64,000 nucleotides of DNA from a bacterium (lineage in GTDB: Bacteria; Patescibacteriota; Minisyncoccia; Phycocordibacterales; UBA2100): the NCBI GenBank assembly GCA_030647655.1, contig JAUSJH010000006.1, forward strand, positions 3,737 to 67,736. The letters are read 5' to 3'. Position 1 is the stretch's first letter. The number at the start of each line of letters is the position of its first letter. A model generated the notes under the pieces. It did not search any database and was not told the origin of the DNA. It saw only the letters and a list, made by a program, of their open reading frames with translations. Below are positions 28,767 through 38,104 of the stretch, piece by piece. The position numbers and the translations under genes were made by a program.

Positions 28767-29179
28767 AGAGAAAGTATATCACTGACTTAAACTGTTTGTC
28801 CGACCGCACGTTAGTACGGTCGGACACATTTGCTCATATGCCTTTCCTGATTTGGTTGTAGGCTTTTTGGAGTAACAAAATTACTACGACTGTCACTAGT
28901 ACTTGTGCTACCACATGTCCGATACCTATTGACGATTTCGAAAGGAAGATGACGTCAACGAGATACAGAGTGTTTGCGCCCACAATTATATAGGCGGCTC
29001 CAGCATAGATGTTCATATGACCTCTCCCTGTTTAAGAGCCGCGTATGCGGCTATGGGTTGTTTGATTGAGTGTGAGAGATTGAAACTAACCAAACAGCGC
29101 CACGAGGGCGTCATTTGGAAAGTTTTTAGGGGCTTTACCGATTCCCACTCCCGTAACAGTATTCCGAAAATTTATACTG

Positions 29180-30460
29180 TCAAGAAAGGGACTTTGCCCC
29201 GATGTCGCGGCGGAAATGCATGCCTTCGAAATGGATTTTGCCGACCGCTTCGTAGGCACGGTCGAGCGCCTGCTTGAGCGTGCCGCCGACCGCGGAAACC
29301 CCAAGTACTCTGCCGCCGTTTGTATACAAGGTTGAACCTCGTAAAATAGTGCCTGCATGAAATACGACGACACCTTCCACCTTTTCGGCTTCTTCAATTC
29401 CCGTTATCGGGAACCCCTTCTGATACGCGTCCGGATAACCGCCGGATGCCAAGACGATATTTGCCGCAAAGCCGCGATGCCATTCCACCGATTTTTTTAC
29501 CACATCTACCGTGCTATCGACACACGCGTCGAGAAGGTCGAGAAGGTCGGTTTTGAGAAGACGCATGTATACCTGACATTCAGGATCGCCAAAACGTGCG
29601 TTGTATTCCAAAACCTTGAGACCGTCAAGCGTCACTTTGAGACCGGGATACAGAAGTCCCTGGAACTGTATGCTGCGTTTTTTGAGCGCTTCGAAGGTCG
29701 GGATAACGACCGCGCTGTCGATGCCGGTCATCACTTGTGAGGTGACCCACGGCACTGGAGCGATAGCGCCCATCCCGCCGGTATTTTTGCCTTCGTCTCC
29801 ATCAAGCGCGCGCTTGTGATCTTGGGAAGAAGGAAACAGTACGTGCGTAATCCCGTCTGTAAGAGCGTGTATGGATATCTCGGGACCATCGAGATATTCC
29901 TCTATCACAACCTCGTTACCGGCATCTTTGTGTATTTTCTCAATCATTATCTCGGTAATCGCATGCTCGGCCTCTTCGAAACTTCTGCAGATGTACACTC
30001 CCTTCCCTAGCGCAAGCCCACTCGCTTTTATGACGATTGGAAAGCCATGCGTGCGCACATGCGCGAGCGCCGTGTGCGGCTCGCTAAAGAGCGCAAACTC
30101 GGCGGTCGGGATTTTTGCCTCCTGCATCAATTGTTTTGAAAAAGCTTTCGAGCCTTCGATTTGTGCTGCTTCTTTGCTTGGGCCCCAGATGCGCAGTCCG
30201 TGCGACTTGAACACATCAACGATGCCGCCGACCAGCGGATCATCGGGACCGACAACGGTGAGGCCGATTCTCTTCTCTTCCGCGAATCTAGCCAACTTTT
30301 CGAATTCCATCACACTGATATCTACGTTCTCGGCGAGCATTCCTGTACCGCCATTCCCCGGCGCCACGTAGAGTTTGCCAACGCGCGGTGACTGCTTTAA
30401 TTTCCACGCGAGCGCGTGTTCTCTCCCCCCGCTGCCGATTATGAGAACGTCAGTTGCCAT
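29180..30460 (-). CDS. purD: phosphoribosylamine--glycine ligase
   Basis: MATDVLIIGSGGREHALAWKL... and ATP-grasp region; full length. Confidence 0.85.
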   Translation of the reverse strand: MATDVLIIGSGGREHALAWKLKQSPRVGKLYVAPGNGGTGMLAENVDISVMEFEKLARFAEEKRIGLTVVGPDDPLVGGIVDVFKSHGLRIWGPSKEAAQIEGSKAFSKQLMQEAKIPTAEFALFSEPHTALAHVRTHGFPIVIKASGLALGKGVYICRSFEEAEHAITEIMIEKIHKDAGNEVVIEEYLDGPEISIHALTDGITHVLFPSSQDHKRALDGDEGKNTGGMGAIAPVPWVTSQVMTGIDSAVVIPTFEALKKRSIQFQGLLYPGLKVTLDGLKVLEYNARFGDPECQVYMRLLKTDLLDLLDACVDSTVDVVKKSVEWHRGFAANIVLASGGYPDAYQKGFPITGIEEAEKVEGVVVFHAGTILRGSTLYTNGGRVLGVSAVGGTLKQALDRAYEAVGKIHFEGMHFRRDIGAKSLS

Positions 30461-30998
30461 GCGCTTCAATATACCGCATCGCATCCTTCGGAGTATCTGC
30501 AAAATATATTAACTCATCCAACGGGAGCGGAATCTTTGCACTTCTCAGGAACCCTTCTTTTTCCATTTTCTCAAGTTGCTGTTTTAATCCTTCGTAGAAG
30601 CTACCGGTACTAAGAATGACGATGGGCTTTTTGTGAACACCGTGTTTCTTAAGTTCGAGTACTTCGGTCACTTCGTCCAGAGTCCCGATGCCTCCGACCA
30701 TCGCCACGATGGCATCCGCGCGTTCCAGCATCGCCTCTCGACGTTCTCCGAGAGTCTTGGCAATAATCATTTCATCAGCATTCCTTCGTGTGTGTTCTTT
30801 GAGAAATTCAACAGATATACCAACTATTTTTCCGCCCGCGTCTTGTACGCCAGAAGCAATCACCTTCATTATTCCCTTGTCTGAACCGCCCCAAACAAGC
30901 GTGTGTCCATGCTCACCGAGAAGTTTCGCGAACTCCGCCGCTGGCTTTGTATATTTCTCCGCAATCTCGCTCGCCGAGCAGAAAACGCAAATGTTCAT
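30450..30998 (-). CDS. LOG family protein (cytokinin riboside 5'-monophosphate phosphoribohydrolase-like, TIGR00730)
   Basis: VFCSAS, VWGGSDKGIMK (GGxxGxMG), MVGGIGTLDEV (PGGxGTxEE) motifs. Confidence 0.7.
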   Translation of the reverse strand: MNICVFCSASEIAEKYTKPAAEFAKLLGEHGHTLVWGGSDKGIMKVIASGVQDAGGKIVGISVEFLKEHTRRNADEMIIAKTLGERREAMLERADAIVAMVGGIGTLDEVTEVLELKKHGVHKKPIVILSTGSFYEGLKQQLEKMEKEGFLRSAKIPLPLDELIYFADTPKDAMRYIEAHGN

Positions 30999-31023
30999 GG
31001 GCGCATTCTACTCTATTCTTTCG

Positions 31024-31449
31024 TTAAAATCTCCGATCGTAGTAGTTGAGAAAGACCGTCAGAAGTTTAGGATTAGCAAGTCCATAGATGTAACGGCTAG
31101 TCGGTTCTCCCTTGGAATCCGGGATTTGGACCCAACCAGCACGCTTGCCGTACATACCGACCGCTAAAGGGTTCTGATCGGGTTCAACTGCATCGCCCAA
31201 AAGGATCGGTTCTCCAGACTCTCTGCTGATCCTTTCAACTTCGGCCATCAACTGGGATGCCAAACCTTTTCCTTGGTCCTTTTTTCCCACCCAGAGGAAG
31301 TGGGCAACGTAGTGCGGGACTGGAAACATGTTTTTGCTAAGGGAGATAGTCCCAGATATCGATTCGCTCCCAAATTTCTTTATCTGGATTTTGTTCCCCA
31401 TTCGTTCTATTTCTCCAAATTCCTTTTGTATAGGAAGTGCTTCATTCAT
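31024..31449 (-). CDS. GNAT family N-acetyltransferase (putative)
   Basis: Motif A-like KDQGKGLASQLM; 141 aa; overlaps map by 8 nt. Confidence 0.45.
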   Translation of the reverse strand: MNEALPIQKEFGEIERMGNKIQIKKFGSESISGTISLSKNMFPVPHYVAHFLWVGKKDQGKGLASQLMAEVERISRESGEPILLGDAVEPDQNPLAVGMYGKRAGWVQIPDSKGEPTSRYIYGLANPKLLTVFLNYYDRRF

Positions 31450-32215
31450 ACTTTGTCAAAATCTCCGGGCCGTTTTTTGTGACAAGAACTGTGTGCTCGG
31501 CGTGTGCGGTGCGCGAGCCGTCTTTCGTGCGGTATGAATAGCCGTCTTTATCTATGAAAAGCTCGCCGCTTCCAAGCGTCATCATGGGCTCGATTGCGAT
31601 TATTAATCCTTCGACGAGTTTTGCTCCTTTTCCTCGCTCACCGAAGTTGGGCACATGCGGCTCTTCATGCACCTTGATACCGACGCCATGACCTGAAAGA
31701 TTCTTGGGATAGCCGAAGTGATATTTCTCGGCGATTTTTTGCACCGCATAGCCGATGTCGCCAGTTGCATTCCCCACTTTCGCCTGTGCGATGCCCGTGG
31801 CGAGTGCTTCATAGGTGCCTCTGACCAACTCTTCGTCACGCGGGTCACGTCTGGTACCGGCGATCACAGTCACCGCGTGATCGGTATAGAATCCTTTGTG
31901 CTTAATGCCAAAGTCGAGACATACGACATCTCCATCGTGAATAACCGCATCATTGTCGCTTGCGGGAGAGTGCACAATCACATCGTTCACTGAAACACAG
32001 AGGCCCGATGGGTACGGTTTGTCCCCCTTGCGCTCCGTGTGACCAAAGAACGCGAGCGTGTCACCATCTGCTTTCACAAGTTCGCGCGCCTTATCCTCAA
32101 GCTCGCGCGAAGTGACGCCCGGCGCGACGAGCTCGGAGAGAATGCGCAGATGCCGCGCGAGACGCCTGCCGCCTTCGCGCAGTGCATCGATTTCTGCTTT
32201 GGTTTTCGCAATCAT
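31442..32215 (-). CDS. map: type I methionine aminopeptidase
   Basis: HDGDVVCLDFG...GHGVGIKVHEEP...IAIEPM metal-binding residues. Confidence 0.85.
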   Translation of the reverse strand: MIAKTKAEIDALREGGRRLARHLRILSELVAPGVTSRELEDKARELVKADGDTLAFFGHTERKGDKPYPSGLCVSVNDVIVHSPASDNDAVIHDGDVVCLDFGIKHKGFYTDHAVTVIAGTRRDPRDEELVRGTYEALATGIAQAKVGNATGDIGYAVQKIAEKYHFGYPKNLSGHGVGIKVHEEPHVPNFGERGKGAKLVEGLIIAIEPMMTLGSGELFIDKDGYSYRTKDGSRTAHAEHTVLVTKNGPEILTKYE

Positions 32216-32802
32216 TGCGCCAATCCTAACACCGAGAGGATATTTTTATGGATAGACTCTACATCCGGTTCACCATCAATCTCGTGGATCAATCTACCAC
32301 GACTTTTCAAAAGTTCGAGTTGCGGCACAACGTCGGTTTTTGTCCACGCGAGGCGTCTGCGTATCGCTTCTTCTGTATCATCGTTGCGCCCGCGTGCGAG
32401 AAGACGCGTAACTGCTGTATCGTCGGAAATGACGAGGTTCACAATTTGTAAGTCCTCGCGCTTGAAAAACTTAACCATGTCATCGAATCCTCTCGTCTGG
32501 TCCTCTCCACGAGCCAATCCGTCGGCGATAACATGTTCTTCTCCGGTGAAATTATCGACAAGTTTCTTTGTTTGGAGATAGATTGCCATAAAATCATAGA
32601 TGCGAATCCCGTTGTCTATGATTTCCCCGGTCAATTTCCCCGCGTATGTTCCCGTATCGCGTAAATTGCGAAGCTCTTGCCCCATGTCGATACGAATGAT
32701 GACGCGGTTGGATTTCGATTGAAGGTACTCAATGAGCATCTTCACTTGCGTTCCCTTGCCAGCTCCCTGTGAGCCAAAAAATAACACGGTGAGCGGTTTC
32801 AT
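32212..32802 (-). CDS. adk: adenylate kinase
   Basis: MKPLTVLFFGSQGAGKGTQ P-loop from the internal Met; the upstream part of the listed ORF is Arg-rich junk. Confidence 0.8.
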   Translation of the reverse strand: MKPLTVLFFGSQGAGKGTQVKMLIEYLQSKSNRVIIRIDMGQELRNLRDTGTYAGKLTGEIIDNGIRIYDFMAIYLQTKKLVDNFTGEEHVIADGLARGEDQTRGFDDMVKFFKREDLQIVNLVISDDTAVTRLLARGRNDDTEEAIRRRLAWTKTDVVPQLELLKSRGRLIHEIDGEPDVESIHKNILSVLGLAQ

Positions 32803-32804
32803 GT

Positions 32805-33395
32805 TTAGAGATTGTATCCTTCTTTGCGCATTATATCCACGACATCGTGCACGGTGTCCTCGAGCTTTCCATTGGCATTTACGACGCGGTAATCGTACTG
32901 CGGCGCGTGCACGCGCAACTCCTCTTCGGTCACTTTCATGCGCGCTTGAAATTCGGCTTCCGACCACTCCGGAGAGCGCGTGTGCAGGCGGCCTCTAAAT
33001 TGTTCGAGGGACTCGGGCATGATGAAGATGGTGGTTGCTCCATAGCGCTCTTTCAAGAGCCGCGCGCCTTCGATGTCTACTTGTGCGAAAATGATTTTCC
33101 CCTCTTGTATCTTCTTTTCGAGGTCCGGCAGGTAGGTGCCGTAATACGTATTGAGCGCAGGCACAAAGCGGTGTTCTGGGATGTTGCCTGACGCAAGCTC
33201 CGCATCGAATTGCTCCTGCGAGAGAAAATAATAGTCCACTCCCTCGCGTTCGGCTGGGCGCATGGAGCGGGTCGTCGCTGTCACGAGACGCACGCAATTG
33301 CGGTAGCGTTTGAGTATCTCATTGATGACCGCGTTTTTTCCAGAGCCCGAAGGACCTGCGATGACAACGACCTGTTTACCAGATGCCGCGTTCAT
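32805..33395 (-). CDS. gmk: guanylate kinase
   Basis: VVVIAGPSGSGKNAV...TTRSMRPAEREGVDYYF motifs. Confidence 0.85.
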   Translation of the reverse strand: MNAASGKQVVVIAGPSGSGKNAVINEILKRYRNCVRLVTATTRSMRPAEREGVDYYFLSQEQFDAELASGNIPEHRFVPALNTYYGTYLPDLEKKIQEGKIIFAQVDIEGARLLKERYGATTIFIMPESLEQFRGRLHTRSPEWSEAEFQARMKVTEEELRVHAPQYDYRVVNANGKLEDTVHDVVDIMRKEGYNL

Positions 33396-33400
33396 TGCGG

Positions 33401-34675
33401 TTAATACTCTCTGATGGAGGTCTGCGCGTCAACCTTTTTGACGACGTCGAGTACGACTGAAACGACGATGAGGAGCGCTGTACCGCCGATTGTTATCGCG
33501 GTGATACCTGTCAGCCCCTGAAGAATGATGGGCAAGACGGCGAGCACACCGAGAAATAAAGCGCCGACGAGCGTGATGCGTGTAATAATGTTGCCGAGAT
33601 ATTCGGCTGTGGTGCCGCCTGGCCGGACTCCGGGAATAAAGGCGCCATTCTTCTGCAGATTTTTAGCGACCTGATTGGGCTCGAACGTAATCGCAGTGTA
33701 GAAGTAGGTAAAGACGAAGACAAGGAAAAAATAGAGGGCTCCGTAGACCCACGTGTTGGCAAGCGCCGCAACTACTGCGTTCGCACCAGAGGCAACGAAG
33801 GCAATGGGGCTTTTCGTAAGGAAGGTGGCGATCATCTGCGGGAAGAGAAGTATCGAGAGCGCGAAGATAATGGGAATAACTCCTGCCTGATTCACGCGAA
33901 GCGGGAGGTACGTGGAAATTCCGCCCAGGACCTTGGTCCCGCGAACACGCCGTGCATAGGTCACAGGTATCGGGCGTTCAGCCTCCGTGATAAAGACGAC
34001 GCCCGCGATGATGACCGCGGCGGCGGCGGTGAACGCAATGTAGAGAGGAATCTGCGAAACTTCGAATGAAAAGATGAGCTGGGCAAAAGCCGATGGAAGA
34101 GCGGCAACGATTCCGGCAAAGATGAGCAGTGATATACCGTTACCCACACCAAATTCCGAAATGAGCTCGCCAATCCACATGAGAAGAATGGCTCCGGCCG
34201 CGATAACGGTGACATTCGTGATGAAGCCAAGCGTCGTCAGAGAAGATACGATGCCGTTCTGCTGAAGGAGCAAAAGAAATCCGAACGCTTGAACGAACGC
34301 GAGCGGCACCGAGAGGTAACGCGAGTACTGCACGAACCTCTGTCGGCCGGCATCCCCCTCTTCCTGATACATCTCTTTTAATTTCGGAATAAGAATGGTC
34401 ATAAGCTGCATCACGATCGAAGATGTGATGTACGGAGAAACACCGATCATCATGATGGATAGATTGGAAAAGCCGCCTCCCGAGAATATATTGAGAAGAC
34501 CGAGGAATTGGTTGTTGCTCAAGAATGCTTCAAGCTGAAGGGCATTGATTCCGGGGATAGGAATGGTCGCGAGAAAGCGGAAAACAATGAGAGCGCCGAA
34601 AACGAAAAGGATGCGCGAGCGTAAACCCTCGTCTTCGAAGATGAGCTTTACTTTACGAAGAAATGTTTCCCACAT
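33401..34675 (-). CDS. secY: preprotein translocase subunit SecY
   Basis: Ten TM helices and conserved motifs (GINALQLEAF, GVSPYITSSI); directly downstream of rplO. Confidence 0.92.
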   Translation of the reverse strand: MWETFLRKVKLIFEDEGLRSRILFVFGALIVFRFLATIPIPGINALQLEAFLSNNQFLGLLNIFSGGGFSNLSIMMIGVSPYITSSIVMQLMTILIPKLKEMYQEEGDAGRQRFVQYSRYLSVPLAFVQAFGFLLLLQQNGIVSSLTTLGFITNVTVIAAGAILLMWIGELISEFGVGNGISLLIFAGIVAALPSAFAQLIFSFEVSQIPLYIAFTAAAAVIIAGVVFITEAERPIPVTYARRVRGTKVLGGISTYLPLRVNQAGVIPIIFALSILLFPQMIATFLTKSPIAFVASGANAVVAALANTWVYGALYFFLVFVFTYFYTAITFEPNQVAKNLQKNGAFIPGVRPGGTTAEYLGNIITRITLVGALFLGVLAVLPIILQGLTGITAITIGGTALLIVVSVVLDVVKKVDAQTSIREY

Positions 34676-34677
34676 AT

Positions 34678-35127
34678 TTATGCAATGGTGCCGCCAGCAT
34701 TCTCAATAGTAGTGCGTGCGGAGGCTGAAACTGAAACTCCTTTGAGAGAAAACTTGGTATTAATGCTGCCACCACTCACAATCTTGACCGGCGGCATCGT
34801 ACGCGCTGAAATGGCGCCTTTCTCGGCGAGAATCTTTGACGTTACCTCCCCACCGTTCGGGAAGAGCGCACTGAGATGCTCTAGCGAGATAGCGACCGCG
34901 TCGAGCTTTGTTCCATCGACGGTGCGCCCACGATTCTTGCCGTATCCGCGTCGTTTCGGCAACTTTTTGATGATATCACGCAGCTCGGGACGACGTTTAT
35001 TACCAGCGCGCGCCGTTTGTCCTTTGCCCCCCCTCCCAGATTGCTTGCCGCGTGTACTCGATTGCCCACGACCGACACGACGGGATGCGCGCTTTGTCAT
35101 TCTATGCAATGAATTGAGTCCGGTCAT
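34678..35127 (-). CDS. rplO: 50S ribosomal protein L15
   Basis: MTGLNSL...RRVGRGQSSTRGKQSGRGGKGQ matches L15. Confidence 0.9.
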   Translation of the reverse strand: MTGLNSLHRMTKRASRRVGRGQSSTRGKQSGRGGKGQTARAGNKRRPELRDIIKKLPKRRGYGKNRGRTVDGTKLDAVAISLEHLSALFPNGGEVTSKILAEKGAISARTMPPVKIVSGGSINTKFSLKGVSVSASARTTIENAGGTIA

Positions 35128-35133
35128 ACGAAT

Positions 35134-35838
35134 TTATGAGGTGATGGATATTTTCTTCAGAGCCTCGATAGCCGCTCGTGCGTTGTTGACGGGATTCTTA
35201 CTTCGGGAGAGAAGCTTGGCGGTAACGTCCGATACACCGGCAAGCTCGAGCACGGTGCGCACCGACGAGCCCGCGACCAATCCGCGGCCTGGGCTCGGGC
35301 GTATCTCGACGCGTGACGCACAGAATTTTGCCTCTACGTTGTGTGCGAGCGAGCGGTTCTTGGTCAGATTCAAGCTGATCATATTGCGCTTTGCAGCGCG
35401 TGTCGCTTTCTCTATCGCTTGTGCGGTATCAGCTGCCTTCCCCAGCCCCACACCCACGCGGCCCTTCTTGTCGCCCAAGACGAGGCCTGCGCTGAAATTG
35501 AAACGGCGGCCGCCGGCCATGACACGCGCGACGCGCCGGATGCCGATAAGTTTTTGTGCAAACTCACTGCGGCGTTCATCGCCTCCGCGGCGAGGCCCTC
35601 CGCGGCCCCTCTGACCTCCACTACGGCGATCACGATTGCCGCGACCCGCAAAAGGTGCTCGCGCAGGACGCACCTCCACAGGGACTTCTACGGAAGCCTT
35701 TACCGGCACATCCTGCGCAGGCGTTTCGGCAATTACCACCACTTCGTCTTTTTGATTGTCAGCCACCCCCTGAGAAAACGAGTTCTGAGATTCAGCGAGG
35801 ATATTGTCTGTCGGATCTTTTGGAGTTGTGTCGGTCAT
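35134..35838 (-). CDS. rpsE: 30S ribosomal protein S5 (with N-terminal extension)
   Basis: IGIRRVARVMAGGRRFNFSAGLVLGDKKGRVGVGLGKA...; only 6 nt separate it from rplO, so no rpmD. Confidence 0.9.
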   Translation of the reverse strand: MTDTTPKDPTDNILAESQNSFSQGVADNQKDEVVVIAETPAQDVPVKASVEVPVEVRPARAPFAGRGNRDRRSGGQRGRGGPRRGGDERRSEFAQKLIGIRRVARVMAGGRRFNFSAGLVLGDKKGRVGVGLGKAADTAQAIEKATRAAKRNMISLNLTKNRSLAHNVEAKFCASRVEIRPSPGRGLVAGSSVRTVLELAGVSDVTAKLLSRSKNPVNNARAAIEALKKISITS

Positions 35839-35861
35839 AAAATATTTATTTTCTCATGGGG

Positions 35862-36206
35862 TTAAAATACTAATCCTGCGGCACGCGCGGCTTCCGCAAA
35901 CGCTTTGACCGTGCCGAGATACTGGAATCCCCCGCGATCGAAGACGACCGATTTCACGCCCTTCGCGCTCGCGCGTTTCGCGAGTGTTGCGGCGGCCGCT
36001 TCGGCGCGCTCGCGCGGGGTCTTGCCTTTCTCATCAAGCGACGAGACAGCAGCTAGTGTCGTCCCCTTTGCATCATCTATTATCTGTGCGACGAGACGCG
36101 TGTTTGATTTGTAAATCGAAAGACGCGGGCGCGATTCAGACCCCTGCACCTTCGCGCGCACGCGGCGGTGCCGTCGGTCTCTCTGTTGTGTTTTAGTAAG
36201 TGCCAT
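35862..36206 (-). CDS. rplR: 50S ribosomal protein L18
   Basis: RLSIYKSNTRLVAQIID...GGFQYLGTVKAFAEAARAAGLVF. Confidence 0.9.
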   Translation of the reverse strand: MALTKTQQRDRRHRRVRAKVQGSESRPRLSIYKSNTRLVAQIIDDAKGTTLAAVSSLDEKGKTPRERAEAAAATLAKRASAKGVKSVVFDRGGFQYLGTVKAFAEAARAAGLVF

Positions 36207-36212
36207 AGTGTT

Positions 36213-36761
36213 TTATGCCGTAGTGGCTACTGCGGCTTTCTTGCCCTGCTTCTCGCGCACCACTTCGCCTTCGTAACGGATGCCCTTGCCTTTGTATGGC
36301 TCCGGCTTCTTCTCTGCGCGAACACTTGCCGCAAATTCTCCCACCTGCTCTTTGTCGGCACCGGAAACGGTGATGATGTTCTTGTCGACAGCAACAGTAA
36401 CGCCTGCGGGAACGGACAGAAGGACGGGGTGCGAAAAGCCGATTGCGAGCTTCAGTGTTTTGCCCGAGAGTTCGGCACGATAACCGATACCTTCAATCTG
36501 TAGTTTTTTCACGAAAGGCGTATTAACGCCTGCGATCATGTTGCGCATATGCGCTGCGTACGTGCCCCAGAGAGCGCGGCCCAAGCGAGACTTTTCTTTG
36601 GGAGAAACCAGCGCTTCGCCATTCTCGATAGAAATCGAAATCGCCGGATGGAGCATGCGCTTCAGCGTTCCGCCTTTTCCCTTGACGATTATCTCATTGG
36701 AAATGATGGACACATCGGTGCCTGCGGGAATTTTTATCGGATTTTTTCCTATGCGACTCAT
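36213..36761 (-). CDS. rplF: 50S ribosomal protein L6
   Basis: MSRIGKNPIKIPAGTDV...; start at the second Met. Confidence 0.9.
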   Translation of the reverse strand: MSRIGKNPIKIPAGTDVSIISNEIIVKGKGGTLKRMLHPAISISIENGEALVSPKEKSRLGRALWGTYAAHMRNMIAGVNTPFVKKLQIEGIGYRAELSGKTLKLAIGFSHPVLLSVPAGVTVAVDKNIITVSGADKEQVGEFAASVRAEKKPEPYKGKGIRYEGEVVREKQGKKAAVATTA

Positions 36762-36766
36762 ATGTT

Positions 36767-37162
36767 TTACCAAATCTCAAAAAGCGCCTCTCCTCCGACC
36801 TTTTCCTTTCGTGCTTCTTTGTCCGTCATGACGCCGCGCGGCGTCGAGAGTACCAAAGCGCCATGCCCGTAGCGTACCGGCAGGATTTCGCGCGTACTCT
36901 TGTACATGCGCCGCCCCGGCTTCGAAATACGCTTCACGCCATTGATGGCGTGTTCGCCTTCGGCGTTGTATTTGAGGACGACGTCCAGTGTCTTTCTCAC
37001 TTTCTTTCCTTTCTTTTCGACACCAGCAACATATCCGGCGTCTTTCAATTTTTCTGCGACCGCCATTTTGAAAGCCGAGTACGGCACGGAGACAGACGTC
37101 TTTTTGATAGCACCTGCATTTTTGAGAGAGATTATGAAATCACCGATGGGATCGTTTACCAT
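36767..37162 (-). CDS. rpsH: 30S ribosomal protein S8
   Basis: [16 protein letters not shown]...[30 protein letters not shown]. Confidence 0.9.
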   Translation of the reverse strand: MVNDPIGDFIISLKNAGAIKKTSVSVPYSAFKMAVAEKLKDAGYVAGVEKKGKKVRKTLDVVLKYNAEGEHAINGVKRISKPGRRMYKSTREILPVRYGHGALVLSTPRGVMTDKEARKEKVGGEALFEIW

Positions 37163-37341
37163 GAAGATTTTTTGATGCCGGGGATATTCCCTTCTAGTGC
37201 TTCCTCGCGGAAACAGATGCGGCAGAGATTAAAATCACGCATAAAACCGCGCGGGCGGCCGCATTTGAAACAGCGTCGCACCGTCCGAGACGAAAATTTC
37301 GGCACGCGATTCGCCTTTATTATCATTGATTTTTTGGCCAT
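37156..37341 (-). CDS. rpsN: 30S ribosomal protein S14 (zinc-binding type Z)
   Basis: 61 aa, [20 protein letters not shown] CxxC...CxxC. Confidence 0.9.
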   Translation of the reverse strand: MAKKSMIIKANRVPKFSSRTVRRCFKCGRPRGFMRDFNLCRICFREEALEGNIPGIKKSSW

Positions 37342-37510
37342 ATATAGATACCCCTAGGAGACTTAGAGGCCCTTGCATCCGGCGCTTGCGCAACCGACTT
37401 ACAGAAGCTTCTTCGCGTGGCTTTGTTCTTCTTCCAACCTGTGGTCAAAAAACAAAGCCCCCTACGAGGCTCGGACAATATAGTCGATGTGGGAGGTAAA
37501 GTCAATCGAA

Positions 37511-37569
37511 TAGACAAACGTCCGAATCGGCATATATTATCCAAACTCACGTAACCACCCAATGGAGGA
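37511..37569 (+). promoter_or_regulatory. sigma70-like promoter (TAGACA-N16-TATATT) and Shine-Dalgarno GGAGGA for the inserted gene
   Basis: -35-like TAGACA 37511-37516, -10-like TATATT 37533-37538, GGAGGA 37564-37569, six nt before ATG 37576. Confidence 0.45.
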
Positions 37570-37575
37570 CGAACG

Positions 37576-38040
37576 ATGAGTGCTCTCGACAACAGGCTCT
37601 CGCCGGACCAACTGAAAGCGCCCGCGGGCAAGTTCCGCGTGGTGAAAGTCCAGACGCCGAAAGACGGCCTTGCCGATTCGGCGGCATTCTTCCTCGTCGA
37701 GGACTTCCCCGACAGGTACGACGCCCTCGTGCGTTGGCGCGACCTCGCACAGGCGGGCTGGCGCTCGGACGAAGAAGGCATCAGCTACAGGTTCTACGAC
37801 GACCAGGGCCGTATCAACGACGCGATCGGCGCGCATGTCACCGAGGGGGACCGGAAGGCACCGCCCGGCAAGTTCCGCATCATTTGCGTGGACTTTGCAG
37901 GGCATCCGCCGGCGATCAAACTCGTCACCGACCTCGACGACCGCGATGCGGCGATTGAATACGCGAAGACCGCATACGAAGGTCCGTACACCGGCTTTCA
38001 GGTGCACGACGACACCGGAGCGGCATTAATCCCGGTCTGA
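37576..38040 (+). CDS. hypothetical protein, GC-rich foreign-looking gene inserted in spc operon (opposite strand)
   Basis: 154-aa ORF with strong GC3 bias unlike neighbours, internal duplication (PAGKFRVVKVQTP / PPGKFRIICVDFAG), own promoter, SD and terminator; no family recognised. Confidence 0.55.
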   Translation: MSALDNRLSPDQLKAPAGKFRVVKVQTPKDGLADSAAFFLVEDFPDRYDALVRWRDLAQAGWRSDEEGISYRFYDDQGRINDAIGAHVTEGDRKAPPGKFRIICVDFAGHPPAIKLVTDLDDRDAAIEYAKTAYEGPYTGFQVHDDTGAALIPV

Positions 38041-38066
38041 TGACCAGGCGCGAGATTGAAAACGAA

Positions 38067-38104
38067 AACGGGCCCCGTGTTTGGGGCCCGTTGTTTTTTA
38101 TTTC
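38067..38104. terminator. bidirectional rho-independent terminator
   Basis: AACGGGCCCC-GUGUUU-GGGGCCCGUU then UGUUUUUUAUUU; the complementary strand also has a U-rich tail. Confidence 0.65.

Noticed and set aside
28834-29016. 60-aa hydrophobic ORF in the gap between the T4CP-like gene and purD
   Set aside because: No start context, no conservation evidence available; could be a small membrane protein but equally a chance ORF, so not listed as a feature.
34685-35614. 309-aa plus-strand ORF
   Set aside because: Antisense to rplO and rpsE; Arg/Pro-rich translation typical of a GC-rich antisense frame.
37537-38007. 156-aa minus-strand ORF inside the spc-operon insert
   Set aside because: Antisense to the better-supported plus-strand gene 37576..38040, which has SD, promoter and terminator; it would have made the insert look like part of the operon.
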